From Eledone cirrhosa (Eukaryota): a stretch of DNA of 64,000 nt. This document shows, one piece after another, positions 26,601-41,620 of the stretch (position 1 is its first letter; each line of letters begins with the position of its first letter). The notes under the pieces are model-generated. The model had not been told where the DNA came from. It did not search any database and saw only the letters and a program-made list of their open reading frames with translations. The translations under genes were made by a program, and so were the position numbers. Where the stretch lies: positions 401,078,001 through 401,142,000 of the forward strand of contig OZ024741.1 in the NCBI GenBank assembly GCA_964016885.1, given 5' to 3'.

Positions 26601-29600
26601 TCGCAATATTATAACAATATGACTCTCCCCAAACAGTGAGTGTGTTTTACTATTTTTGGTTATATTATAACAATATGACTCTCCCCAAACAGTGAGTGTG
26701 TTTTACTATTTTTGGCAATATTATAACAGTATGACCCTCCCCAAACAGTGAGTGTGTTTAACTATTTTTGGCAATATAATAACAATATGACCCTCCCCAA
26801 ACAGTGAGTGTGTTTTACTATTTTTGGCAATATTATAACAATATGACCCTACCCAAACAGTGAGTGTGTTTTACTATTTTTGGCAATATTATAACAATAT
26901 GACCCTCCCCAAACAGTGAGTTTGTTCTACTATTTTTGGCAATATTATAACAATATGACCCTCCCCAAACAGTGAGTGTGTTTTAGTATTTTTGGCAATA
27001 TTATAACAATATGACCTTCCCCAAATAGTGAGTGTGTTTTACTATTTTTAGTAATATTATAATAAAATGACCTTACACAAACAGTGAGTGTGATTTACTA
27101 TTTTTGGCAATATTATAAACATATGACCCTCCCCAAACAGAGAGTGTGTTTTAATATTTTTGGCAATATTATAACAATATGTCCCTACACAAACAGTGAG
27201 TGTGTTTTACTATTTTTGGCAATATTATAACCATATGACCCTCCCCAAACAGTGAGTTTGTTCTACTATTTTTGGCAATATTATAACAATATGACCCTCC
27301 CCAAACAGTGAGTGTGTTTTACTATTTTTGGCAATATTAAAACAATATGAGCCTACCCAAACAGTGAGTGTGTTTTACTATTTTTGGTAATATTATAACA
27401 ATATGTCCCTACACAAACAGTGAGTGTGTTTTACTATTTGTGGCAATATTATAACAATATGACCCTCCCCAAACAGTGAGTGTGTTTTACTATTTTTGGC
27501 AATATTATAACAATAGGACCCTCCCCAAACACTGAGTGTGTTTTACTATTTTTGGCAATGTTATAACAATATGACCCTCCGGAAACAGTGAGTGTGCTTT
27601 ACTATTTTTGGCAATATTATAACAATATGACTCTCCTTAAACAGTGAGTGTATTTTACTATTTTTGGCAATATTAGGGCAACATGACCCTCCCCAAACAG
27701 TGAGTGTCTTTTACTATTTTTGGCAATATTATAACAATATGACCCTCCCCAAACGGTGAGCGTGTTTTACTATTTTTGGCAATATTATGACAATATGACC
27801 CTACCCAAACAGTGAGTGTTTTTTACTATTTTTGGCAATATTATAACAATATGACCCTCCCCAATCAGTGAGTGTGTTTTACTATTTTTGGCAAAATTAT
27901 AACAATAGGACCCTCCCCAAACAGTGAGTGTGTTTTACTATTTTTGGCAATATTATAACAATATGACCCTCCCCAAACAGTGAGTGTGTTTTAGTATTTT
28001 TGGCAATATTATAACAATATGACCCTCCCCAGACAGTGACTGTGTTTTAGTATTTTTGGTAATATTATAACAATATAACCCTCCCCAAACAGTGAGTGTG
28101 TTTTACTATTTTTGGGAATATTATAACAGTAGGACCCTCCCCAAACAGTGAGTGTGTTTTACTATTTTTGGCAATATTATAACAATATGACCCTCCCCAA
28201 ACAGTGAGTGTGTTTTAGTATTTTTGGCAATATTATAACAATATGACTCTCCCCAACCAGTGAGTGTGTTTTACTATTTTTGGCAATATTAGGGCAACAT
28301 GACCCTCCCCAAACAGGGAGTGTGTTTTACTATTTTTGGCAATATTATTACAATATGACCCTCCCCAAACAGTGAGTGTGTTTAACTATTTTTGGCAATA
28401 TTATAACAATAGGACCCTCCCCAAACAGTGAGTGTGTTTTACTATTTTTGGCAATATTATAACAATATGACCCTCCCAAAACAGTGAGTGTGCTTTACTA
28501 TTTTTGGCAATATTATAACAATATGACTCTCCTTAAACAGTGAGTGTGTTTTACTATTTTTGGCAATATTAGGGCAACATGACCCTCCCCAAACAGTGAG
28601 TGTGTTTTACTATTTTTGGCAATATTATAACAATATGACCCTCCCCAAACAGTGAGTGTGTTTTACTATTTTTGGCAATATTATAACAATATGACCCTCC
28701 CCAAACAGTGAGTGTGTTTTATTATTTTTGGCAATATTATAACAATATGACCCTCCGCAAACGGTGAGCGTGTTTTACTATTTTTGGCAATATTATGACA
28801 ATATGACCCTACACAAACAGTGAGTGTTTTTTACTATTTTTGGCAATATTATAACAATATGACTCTCCGCAACCAGTGAGTTTTTTTTTACTATTCTTGG
28901 TAATATTAGGGCAACATGACCCTCCCCAAACAGTGAGTGTGTTTTACTATTTTTGGCAATGTTATAACAATATGACCCCCCCAATCAGTGAGTGTGTTTA
29001 ACTATTTGTTGCAATATAATAACAATATGACTCTCCACAAACAGTGAGTGTGTTTTAGTATTTTTGCCAATATTATAATAATATGACGCTACCCAAACAG
29101 TGAGTGTGTTTTACTATTTTTGGCAATATTATAACAATATGACTCTCCCCAAACAGTGAGTGTGTTTTACTATTTTTGGTTATATTATAACAATATGACT
29201 CTCCCCAAACAGTGAGTGTGTTTTACTATTTTTGGCAATATTATAACAATATGACCCTCCCCAAACGGTGAGCGTGTTTTACTATTTTTGGCAATATTAT
29301 GACAATATGACCCTACACAAACAGTGAGTGTTTTTTACTATTTTTGGCAATATTATAACAATATGACTCTCCGTAACCAGTGAGTTTTTTTTTACTATTC
29401 TTGGCAATATTAGGGCAACATGACCCTCCCCAAACAGTGAGTGTGTTTTACTATTTTTGGCAATGTTATAACAATATGACCCCCCCAATCAGTGAGTGTG
29501 TTTAACTATTTTTTACAATATAATAACAATATGACCCTCCACAAACAGTGAGTGTGTTTTAGTATTTTTGCCAATATTATAATAATATGACGCTACCCAA

Positions 29601-32600
29601 ACAGTGAGTGTGTTTTACTATTTTTGGTAATATTATAACAATATGTCCCTACACAAACAGTGAGTGTGTTTTACTATTTGTGGCAATATTATAACAATAT
29701 GACCCTCCCCAAACAGTCAGTGTGTTTTACTATTTTTGGCAATATTATAACAATATGACCCTCCCCAGACAGTGAGTGTGTTTTAGTATTTTTGTCAATA
29801 TTATAACAATATAACCCTCCCCAAACAGTGAGTGTGTTTTACTATTTTTGGCAATATTATAACAATAGGACCCTCCCCAAACAGTGAGTGTGTTTTACTA
29901 TTTTTGGCAATATTATAACAATATGACCCTCCCGAAACAGTGAGTGTGCTTTACTATTTTTGGCAATATTATAACAATATGACTCTCCTTAAACAGTGAG
30001 TGTGTTTTACTATTTTTGGCAATATTAGGGCAACATGACCCTCCCCAAACAGTGAGTGTCTTTTACTATTTTTGGCAATATTATAACAATATGACCCTCC
30101 ACAAACAGTGAGTGTGTTTTACTAATTTTGGCAATATTATAATAATATGACGCTACCCAAACAGTGAGTGTGTTTTACTATTTTTGGCAATATTATAACA
30201 ATATGACCCTCCCCAAACAGTAAGTTTGTTTTACTAGTTTTCGCAATATTATAACAATATGACTCTCCCCAAACAGTGAGTGTGTGTTACTATTTTTTGT
30301 TATATTATAACAATATGACTCTCCCCAAACAGTGAGTGTGTTTTACTATTTTTGGCAATATTATAACAGTATGACACTCCCCAAACAGTGAGTGTGTTTA
30401 ACTATTTTTTGCAATATAATAACAATATGACCCTCCCCAAACAGTGAGTGTGTTTTAATATTTTTGGCAATATTATAACAATATGACTCTCCCCAAACAG
30501 TGAGTGTGTTTTACTATTTTTGGCAATATTATAACAATATGACCCTCCCCAAACAGTGAGTGTGTTTTACTATTTTTGGCAATATTATAACAATATGACC
30601 CTCCCCAAACAGTGAGTGTGTTTTAGTATTTTTGGCAATATTATAACAATATGACCCTCCCCAGACAGTGAGTGTGTTTTAGTATTTTTGGTAATATTAT
30701 AACAATATTACCCTCCCCAAACAGTGAGTGTGTTTTACTATTTTTGGCAATATTATAACAATAGGACCCTCCCCAAACAGTGAGTGTGTTTTACTATTTT
30801 TGGCAATATTATAACAATAGGACCCTCCCCAAACAGTGAGTGTGTTTTACTATTTTTGGCAATATTATAACAATATGACCCTCCCCAAACAGTGAGTGTG
30901 TTTTAGTATTTTTGGCAATATTATAACAATATGACCCTCCACAGACAGTGAGTGTGTTTTAGTATTTTTGGTAATATTATAACAATATAACCCTCCCCAA
31001 ACAGTGAGTGTGTTTTACTATTTTTGGCAATATTATAACAATATGACCCTCCCCAAACAGTGAGTGTTTTTTACTATTTTTGGCAATATTATAACAATAT
31101 GACCCTCCCCAAACAGTGAGTGTGTTTTACTATTTTTGGCAATATTATAACAATATGACCCTCCCCAAACAGTGAGTGTGTTTTACTATTTTTGGCAATA
31201 TTATGACAATATGACCCTACACAAACAGTGAGTGTTTTTTACTATTTTTGGCAATATTATAACAATATAACCCTCCCCAAATAGTGAGTGTGTTTTACTA
31301 TTTTTAGTAATATTATAATAAAATGACCTTACACAAACAGTGAGTGTGATTTACTATTTTTGGCAATATTATAAACATATGACCCTCCCCAAACAGAGAG
31401 TGTGTTTTAATATTTTTGGCAATATTATAACAATATGTCCCTACACAAACAGTGAGTGTGTTTAACTATTTTTGGCAATATTATAACAATATGAGCCTAC
31501 CCAAACAGTGAGTGTGTTTTACTATTTTTGGCAATATTATGACAATATGACCCTACGCAAACAGTGAGTGTGTTTTACTATTTTTGGCAATATTATAACA
31601 ATATGACCCTCCCCAAACAGTGAGTGTGTTTTAGTATTTTTGGCAATATTATAACAATATGATCCTCCCCAGACAGTGAGTGTGTTTTAGTATTTTTGGT
31701 AATATTATAACAATATAACCCTCCCCAAACAGTGAGTGTGTTTTACTATTTTTGGCAATATTATAACAATAGGACCCTCCCCAAACAGTGAGTGTGTTTT
31801 ACTATTTTTGGCAATATTATAACAATATGACCCTCCCCAAACAGTGAGTGTGTTTTAGTATTTTTGGCAATATTATAACAATATGACTCTCCCCAACCAG
31901 TGAGTGTGTTTTACTATTTTTGGTTATATTATAACAATATGACTCTCCCCAAACAGTGAGTGTGTTTTACTATTTTTGGCAATATTATAACAGTATGACC
32001 CTCCCCAAACAGTGAGTGTGTTTAACTATTTTTGGCAATATAATAACAATATGACCCTCCCCAAACAGTGAGTGTGTTTTACTATTTTTGGCAATATTAT
32101 AACAATATGACCCTACCCAAACAGTGAGTGTGTTTTACTATTTTTGGCAATATTATAACAATATGACCCTCCCCAAACAGTGAGTGTGTTTTAGTATTTT
32201 TGGCAATATTATAACAATATGACCCTCCCCAAATAGTGAGTGTGTTTTACTATTTTTAGTAATACTATAATAAAATGACCTTACACAAACAGTGAGTGTG
32301 ATTTACTATCTTTGGCAATATTATAAACATATGACCCTCCCGAAACAGTGAGTGTGCTTTACTATTTTTGGCAATATTATAACAATATGACTCTCCTTAA
32401 ACAGTGAGTGTGTTTTACTATTTTTGGCAATATTAGGGCAACATGACCCTCCCCAAACAGTGAGTGTCTTTTACTATTTTTGGCAATATTATAACAATAT
32501 GACCCTCCCCAAACGGTGAGCGTGTTTTACTATTTTTGGCAATATTATGACAATATGACACTACACAAACAGTGAGTGTTTTTTACTATTTTTGGCAATA

Positions 32601-35600
32601 TTATAACAATATGACCCTCCCCAATCAGTGAGTGTGTTTAACTATTTTTTGCAATATAATAACAATATGACCCTCCACAAATAGTGAGTGTGTTTTACTA
32701 TTTTTGGCAATATTATAATAATATGACGCTACCCAAACAGTGAGTGTGTTTTACTATTTTTGGCAATATTATAACAATATGACCCTCCCCAAACAGTAAG
32801 TTTGTTTTACTAGTTTTCGCAATATTATAACAATATGACTCTCCCCAAACAGTGAGTGTGTGTTACTATTTTTGGTTATATTATAACAATATGACTCTCC
32901 CCAAACAGTGAGTGTGTTTTACTATTTTTGGCAATATTATAACAGTATGACACTCCCCAAACAGTGAGTGTGTTTAACTATTTTTTGCAATATAATAACA
33001 ATAGGACCCTCCCCAAACAGTGAGTGTGTTTTAATATTTTTGGCAATATTATAACAATATGACCCTCCCCAAACAGTGAGTGTGTTTTACTATCTTTGGC
33101 AATATTATAAACATATGACCCTCCCCAAACAGAGAGTGTGTTTTAATATTTTTGGCAATATTATAACAATATGACCCTCCCCAAACAGTGAGTGTGTTTT
33201 ACTATTTTTGGCAATATTATAACAATATGACCCTCCCCAAACAGTGAGTTTGTTTTACTATTTTTGGCAATATTATAACAATATGGCCCTCCCCAAACAG
33301 TGAGTGTGTTTTAGTTTTTTTGGCAATATTATAACAATATGACCCTCCCCAGACAGTGAGTGTGTTTTAGTATTTTTGGTAATATTATAACAATATAACC
33401 CTCCCCAAACAGTGAGTGTGTTTTACTATTTTTGGCAATATTATAACAATAGGACCCTCCCCAAACAGTGAGTGTGTTTTACTATTTTTGGCAATATTAT
33501 AACAATAGGACCCTCCCCAAACAGTGAGTGTGTTTTACTATTTTTGGCAATATTATAACAATATGACCCTCCCCAAACAGTGAGTGTGTTTTAGTATTTT
33601 TGGCAATATTATAACAATATGACCCTCCCCAGACAGTGAGTGTGTTTTAGTATTTTTGGTAATATTATAACAATATGTCCCTCCCCAAACAGTGAGTGTG
33701 TTTTACTATTTTTGGCAATATTATAACAATAGGACCCTCCCCAAACAGTGAGTGTGTTTTACTATTTTTGGCAATATTATAACAATATGACCCTCCCCAA
33801 ACAGTGAGTGTGTTTTACTATTTTTGGCAATATTATAACAATATGACCCTCCCCAAACAGTGAGTGTGTTTTACTATTTTTGGCAATATTATGACAATAT
33901 GACCCTACACAAACAGTGAGTGTGTTTTAGTATTTTTGGCAATATTATAACAATATGACCCTCCCCAAATAGTGAGTGTGTTTTACTATTTTTAGTAATA
34001 CTATAATAAAATGACCTTACACAAACAGTGAGTGTGTTTTACTATTTTTGGCAATATTATAACAATATAACCCTCCCCAAATAGTGAGTGTGTTTTACTA
34101 TTTTTAGTAATATTATAATAAAATGACCTTACACAAACAGTGAGTGTGATTTACTATTTTTGGCAATATTATAACAATATGACCCTCCCCAAACAGTGAG
34201 TGTGTTTTAGTATTTTTGGCAATATTATAACAATATGACTCTCCCCAACCAGTGAGTGTATTTTACTATTTTTGGTTATATTATAACAATATGACTCTCC
34301 CCAAACAGTGAGTGTGTTTTACTATTTTTGGCAATATTATAACAGTATGACCCTCCCCAAACGGTGAGTGTGTTTAACTATTTTTGGCAATATAATAACA
34401 ATATGACCCTCCTCAAACAGTGAGTGTGTTTTACTATTTTTGACAATATTGTAACAATATGACCCTACCCAAACAGTGAGTGTGTTTTACTATTTTTGGC
34501 AATATTATAACAATATGACCCTTCCCAAACAGTGAGTTTGTTTTACTATTTTTGGCAATATTATAACAATATGACCCTCCCCAAACAGTGAGTGTGTTTT
34601 AGTATTTTTGGCAATATTATAACAATATGACCCTCCCCAAATAGTGAGTGTGTTTTACTATTTTTAGTAATACTATAATAAAATGACCTTACACAAACAG
34701 TGAGTGTGATTTACTATCTTTGGCAATATTATAAACATATGACCCTCCCCAAACAGAGAGTGTGTTTTAATATTTTTGGCAATATTATAACAATATGTCC
34801 CTACACAAACAGTGAGTGTGTTTTACTATTTTTGGCAATATTATAACCATATGACCCTCCCCAAACAGTGAATGTGTTTTACTATTTTTGGCAATATTAT
34901 AACAATATGACTCTCCCCAAACAGTGAGTGTGTTTTACTATTGTTGGCAATATTAAAACAATATGAGCCTACCCAAACAGTGAGTGTGTTTTACTATTTT
35001 TGGTAATATTATAACAATATGTCCCTACACAAACAGTGAGTGTGTTTTACTATTTGTGGCAATATTATAACAATATGACCCTCCCCAAACAGTCAGTGTG
35101 TTTTACTATTTTTGGCAATATTATAACAATATGACCCTCCCCAGACAGTGAGTGTGTTTTAGTATTTTTGTCAATATTATAACAATATAACCCTCCCCAA
35201 ACAGTGATTGTGTTTTACTATTTTTGGCAATATTATAACAATAGGACCCTCCCCAAACAGTGAGTGTGTTTTACTATTTTTGGCAATATTATCACAATAT
35301 GACCCTCCCGAAACAGTGAGTGTGCTTTACTATTTTTGGCAATATTATAACAATATGACTCTCCTTAAACAGTGAGTGTGTTTTACTATTTTTGGCAATA
35401 TTAGGGCAACATGACCCTCCCCAAACAGTGAGTGTCTTTTACTATTTTTGGCAATATTATAACAATATGACCCTCCCCAAACGGTGAGCGTGTTTTACTA
35501 TTTTTGGCAATATTATGACAATATGACCCTACACAAACAGTGAGTGTTTTTTTACTATTTTTGGCAATATTATAACAATATGACCCTCCCCAATCAGTGA

Positions 35601-35609
35601 GTGTGTTTA

Positions 35610-38600
35610 ACTATTTTTTGCAATATAATAACAATATGACCCTCCACAAACAGTGAGTGTGTTTTACTATTTTTGGCAATATTATAACAATATGACCCTC
35701 CCCAGACAGTGAGTGTGTTTTAGTATTTTTGTCAATATTATAACAATATAACCCTCCCCAAACAGTGATTGTGTTTTACTATTTTTGGCAATATTATAAC
35801 AATAGGACCCTCCCCAAACAGTGAGTGTGTTTTACTATTTTTGGCAATATTATCACAATATGACTCTCCTTAAACAGTGAGTGTGTTTTACTATTTTTGG
35901 CAATATTATAACAATATGACCCTCCCCAAACAGTGAGTTTGTTTTACTAGTTTTCGTAATATTATAACAATATGACTCTCCCCAAACAGTGAGTGTGTTT
36001 TACTATTTTTGGTTATGTTATAACAATATGACTCTCCCCAAACAGTGAGTGTGTTTTACTATTTTTGGCAATATTATAACAGTATGACACTCCCCAAACA
36101 GTGAGTGTGTTTAACTATTTTTTGCAATATAATAACACTATGACCCTCCCCAAACAGTGAGTGTGTTTTACTATCTTTGGCAATATTATAACAATATGAC
36201 CCTACCCAAACAGTGAGTGTGTTTTACTATTTTTGGCAATATTATAACCATATGACCCTACACAAACAGTGAGTGTGTTTTTCCTATTTTTGTCAATATT
36301 ATAACCATATGACCCTCCCCAAACAGTGAGTTTGTTTTACTATTTTTGGCAATATTATAACAATATGACCCTTCCCAAACAGTGAGTGTGTTTTAGTATT
36401 TTTGGCAATATTATAATAATATGACGCTACCCAAACAGTGAGTGTGTTTTACTATTTTTGGCAATATTATAACAATATGACCCTCCCCAAACAGTGAGTT
36501 TGTTTTACTAGTTTTCGCAATATTATAGCAATATGACTCTCCCCAAACAGTGAGTGTGTTTTACTATTTTTGGTTATGTTATAACAATATGACTCTCCCC
36601 AAACAGTGAGTGTGTTTTACTATTTTTGGCAATATTATAACAGTATGACACTCCCCAAACAGTGAGTGTGTTTAACTATTTTTTGCAATATAATAACACT
36701 ATGACCCTCCCCAAACAGTGAGTGTGTTTTACTATTTTTGGCAATATTATAACAATATGACCCTACCCAAACAGTGAGTGTGTTTTACTATTTTTTGCAA
36801 TATTATAACCATATGACCCTACACAAACAGTGAGTGTGTTTTACTATTTTTGGCAATATTATAACCATATGACCCTCCCCAAACAGTGAGTGTGTTTTAC
36901 TATTTTTGGCAATATTATAACAGTATGACACTCCCCAAACAGTGAATGTGTTTAACTATTTTTTGCAATATAATAACACTATGACCCTCCCCAAACAGTG
37001 AGTGTGTTTTACTATTTTTGGCAATATTATAACAATATGACCATACCCAAACAGTGAGTGTGTTTTACTATTTTTGGCTATGTTATAACCATATGACCCT
37101 CCCCAAACAGTGAGTGTGTTTTAGTATTTTTGGCAATATTATAACAATATAACCCTCCCCAAACAGTGAGTGTGTTTTACTATTTTTGGCAATATTATAA
37201 CAATATGACCCTCCCCAAACAGTAAGTGTGTTTTACTATTTTTGGCAATATTATAACAATATGACCCTCCCCAAACAGTGAGTGTGTTTTATTATTTTTG
37301 GCAATATTATAACAATATGACCCTCCCCAAACGGTGAGCGTGTTTTACTATTTTTGGCAATATTATGACAATATGACCCTACACAAACAGTGAGTGTTTT
37401 TTACTATTTTTGGCAATATTATAACAATATGACTCTCCGCAACCAGTGAGTTTTTTTTTACTATTCTTGGCAATATTAGGGCAACATGACCCTCCCCAAA
37501 CAGTGAGTGTGTTTTACTATTTTTGGCAATGTTATAACAATATGACCCCCCCAATCAGTGAGTGTGTTTAACTATTTTTTGCAATATAATAACAATATGA
37601 CCCTCCACAAACAGTGAGTGTGTTTTACTATTTTTGGCAATATTATAACAATATGACCCTCCCCAGACAGTGAGTGTGTTTTAGTATTTTTGTCAATATT
37701 ATAACAATATAACCCTCCCCAAACAGTGATTGTGTTTTACTATTTTTGGCAATATTATAACAATAGGACCCTCCCCAAACAGTGAGTGTGTTTTACTATT
37801 TTTGGCAATATTATCACAATATGACTCTCCTTAAACAGTGAGTGTGTTTTACTATTTTTGGCAATATTATAACAGTATGACACTCCCCAAACAGTGAGTG
37901 TGTTTAACTATTTTTTGCAATATAATAACACTATGACCCTCCCCAAACAGTGAGTGTGTTTTACTATTTTTGGCAATATTATAACAATATGACCCTACCC
38001 AAACAGTGAGTGTGTTTTACTATTTTTGGCAATATTATAACCATATGACCCTACACAAACAGTGAGTGTGTTTTTCCTATTTTTGTCAATATTATAACCA
38101 TATGACCCTCCCCAAACAGTGAGTTTGTTTTACTATTTTTGGCAATATTATAACAATATGACCCTTCCCAAACAGTGAGTGTGTTTTAGTATTTTTGGCA
38201 ATATTATAATAATATGACGCTACCCAAACAGTGAGTGTCTTTTACTATTTTTGGCAATATTATAACAATATGACCCTCCCCAAACAGTGAGTTTGTTTTA
38301 CTAGTTTTCGCAATATTATAGCAATATGACTCTCCCCAAACAGTGAGTGTGTTTTACTATTTTTGGTTATGTTATAACAATATGACTCTCCCCAAACAGT
38401 GAGTGTGTTTAACTATTTTTTGCAATATAATAACACTATGACCCTCCCCAAACAGTGAGTGTGTTTTACTATTTTTGGCAATATTATAACAATATGACCC
38501 TACCCAAACAGTGAGTGTGTTTTACTATTTTTTGCAATATTATAACCATATGACCCTACACAAACAGTGAGTGTGTTTTACTATTTTTGGCAATATTATA

Positions 38601-39350
38601 ACCATATGACCCTCCCCAAACAGTAAGTGTGTTTTACTATTTTTGGCAATATTATAACAGTATGACACTCCCCAAACAGTGAATGTGTTTAACTATTTTT
38701 TGCAATATAATAACACTATGACCCTCCCCAAACAGTGAGTGTGTTTTACTATTTTTGGCAATATTATAACAATATGACCATACCCAAACAGTGAGTGTGT
38801 TTTACTATTTTTGGCTATGTTATAACCATATGACCCTCCCCAAACAGTGAGTGTGTTTTAGTATTTTTGGCAATATTATAACAATATAACCCTCCCCAAA
38901 CAGTGAGTGTGTTTTACTATTTTTGGCAATATTATAACAATATGACCCTCCCCAAACAGTAAGTGTGTTTTACTATTTTTGGCAATATTATAACAATATG
39001 ACCCTCCCCAAACAGTGAGTGTGTTTTATTATTTTTGGCAATATTATAACAATATGACCCTCCCCAAACGGTGAGCGTGTTTTACTATTTTTGGCAATAT
39101 TATGACAATATGACCCTACACAAACAGTGAGTGTTTTTTACTATTTTTGGCAATATTATAACAATATGACTCTCCGCAACCAGTGAGTTTTTTTTTACTA
39201 TTCTTGGCAATATTAGGGCAACATGACCCTCCCCAAACAGTGAGTGTGTTTTACTATTTTTGGCAATGTTATAACAATATGACCCCCCCAATCAGTGAGT
39301 GTGTTTAACTCTTTTTTGCAATATAATAACAATATGACCCTCCACAAACA
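35610..39350 (+). repeat. Tandem duplication of a block of about 35 monomers, second copy shortened by whole-monomer deletions
   Basis: AACAGTGATTG at 35761/37722 (offset 1961). TTCCTATTTTTGTC at 36281/38074 (1793). GGCTATGTT at 37076/38813 (1737). The offsets fall by 3 and then 1 monomer. Confidence 0.88.
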
Positions 39351-40019
39351 GTGAGTGTGTTTTAATATTTTTGGCAATATTATAACAATATGTCCCTACA
39401 CAAACAGTGAGTGTGTTATATTATTTTTGGCAATATTATAACCATATGACCCTCCCCAAACAGTGAGTTTGTTTTACTATTTTTGGCAATATTATAACAA
39501 TATGACACTCCCCAAACAGTGAGTGTGTTTTACTATTTTTGGCAATATTAAAACAATATGAGCCTACCCAAACAGTGAGTGTGTTTTACTATTTTTGGTA
39601 ATATTATAACAATATGTCCCTACACAAACAGTGAGTGTGTTTTACTATTTGTGGCAATATTATAACAATATGACCCTCCCCAAACTGTCAGTGTGTTTTA
39701 CTATTTTTGGCAATATTATAACAATATGACCCTCCCCAGACAGTGAGTGTGTTTTAGTATTTTTGTCAATATTATAACAATATAACCCTCCCCAAACAGT
39801 GAGTGTGTTTTACTATTTTTGGCAATATTATAACAATAGGACTCTCCCCAAACAGTGAGTGTGTTTTACTATTTTTGGCAATATTATCACAATATGACCC
39901 TCCCGAAACAGTGAGTGTGCTTTACTATTTTTGGCAATATTATAACAATATGACTCTCCTTAAACAGTGAGTGTGTTTTACTATTTTTGGCAATATTAGG
40001 GCAACATGACCCTCCCCAA

Positions 40020-41620
40020 ACAGTGAGTGTCTTTTACTATTTTTGGCAATATTATAACAATATGACCCTCCCCAAACGGTGAGCGTGTTTTACTATTTTT
40101 GGCAATATTATGACAATATGACCCTACACAAACAGTGAATGTTTTTTACTATTTTTGGCAATATTATAACAATATGACCCTCCCCAATCAGTGAGTGTGT
40201 TTAACTATTTTTTGCAATATAATTACAATATGACCCTCCACAAACAGTGAGTGTGTTTTAGTATTTTTGGCAATATTATAATAATATGACGCTACCCAAA
40301 CAGCGAGTGTGTTTTACTATTTTTGGCAATATTATAACAATATGACCCTCCCCAAACAGTGAGTTTGTTTTACTAGTTTTCGCAATATTATAACAATATG
40401 ACTCTCCCCAAACAGTGAGTGTGTTTTACTATTTTTGGCAATATTATAACAGTATGACACTCCCCAAACAGTGAGTGTGTTTAACTATTTTTTGCAATAT
40501 AATAACACTATGACCCTCCCCAAACAGTGAGTGTGTTTTACTATTTTTGGCAATATTATAACAATATGACCCTACCCAAACAGTGAGTGTGTTTTACTAT
40601 TTTTGGCAATATTATAACCATATGACCCTACACAAACAGTGAGTGTGTTTTACTATTTTTGGCAATATTATAACCATATGACCCTCCCCAAACAGTGAGT
40701 TTGTTTTACTATTTTTGGCAATATTATAACAATATGACCCTCCCCAAACAGTGAGTGTGTTTTAGTATTTTTGGCAATATTATAACAATATGACCCTCCC
40801 CAAACAGTGAGTTTGTTTTACTAGTTTTCGCAATATTATAACAATATGACTCTCCCCAAACAGTGAGTGTCTTTTACTATTTTTGGCAATATCATAACAA
40901 TATGACCCTCCCCAAACGGTGAGCGTGTTTTACTATTTTTGGCAATATTATGACAATATGACCCTACAGAAACAGTGAGTGTTTTTTACTATTTTTGGCA
41001 ATATTATAACAATATGACCCTCCCCAATCAGTGAGTGTGTTTAACTATTTTTTGCAATATAATAACAATATGACCCTCCACAAACAGTGAGTGTGTTTTA
41101 GTATTTTTGGCAATATTATAATAATATGACGCTACCCAAACAGCGAGTGTGTTTTACTATTTTTGGCAATATTATAACAATATGACCCTCCCCAAACAGT
41201 GAGTTTGTTTTACTAGTTTTCGCAATATTATAACAATATGACTCTCCCCAAACAGTGAGTGTGTTTTACTATTTTTGGCAATATTATAACAGTATGACAC
41301 TCCCCAAACAGTGAGTGTGTTTAACTATTTTTTGCAATATAATAACACTATGACCCTCCCCAAACAGTGAGTGTCTTTTACAATTTTTGGCAATATTATA
41401 ACAATATGACCCTACCCAAACAGTGAGTGTGTTTTACTATTTTTGGCAATATTATAACCATATGACCCTACACAAACAGTGAGTGTGTTTTACTATTTTT
41501 GGCAATATTATAACCATATGACCCTCCCCAAACAGTGAGTTTGTTTTACTATTTTTGGCAATATTATAACAATATGACCCTCCCCAAACAGTGAGTGTGT
41601 TTTAGTATTTTTGGCAATAT
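40020..41620 (+). repeat. 15-monomer tandem duplication (offset 840 bp)
   Basis: CAGCGAGTGT at 40301 and 41141. Lines from 40021 and 40861 run in register with few substitutions. Confidence 0.88.
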
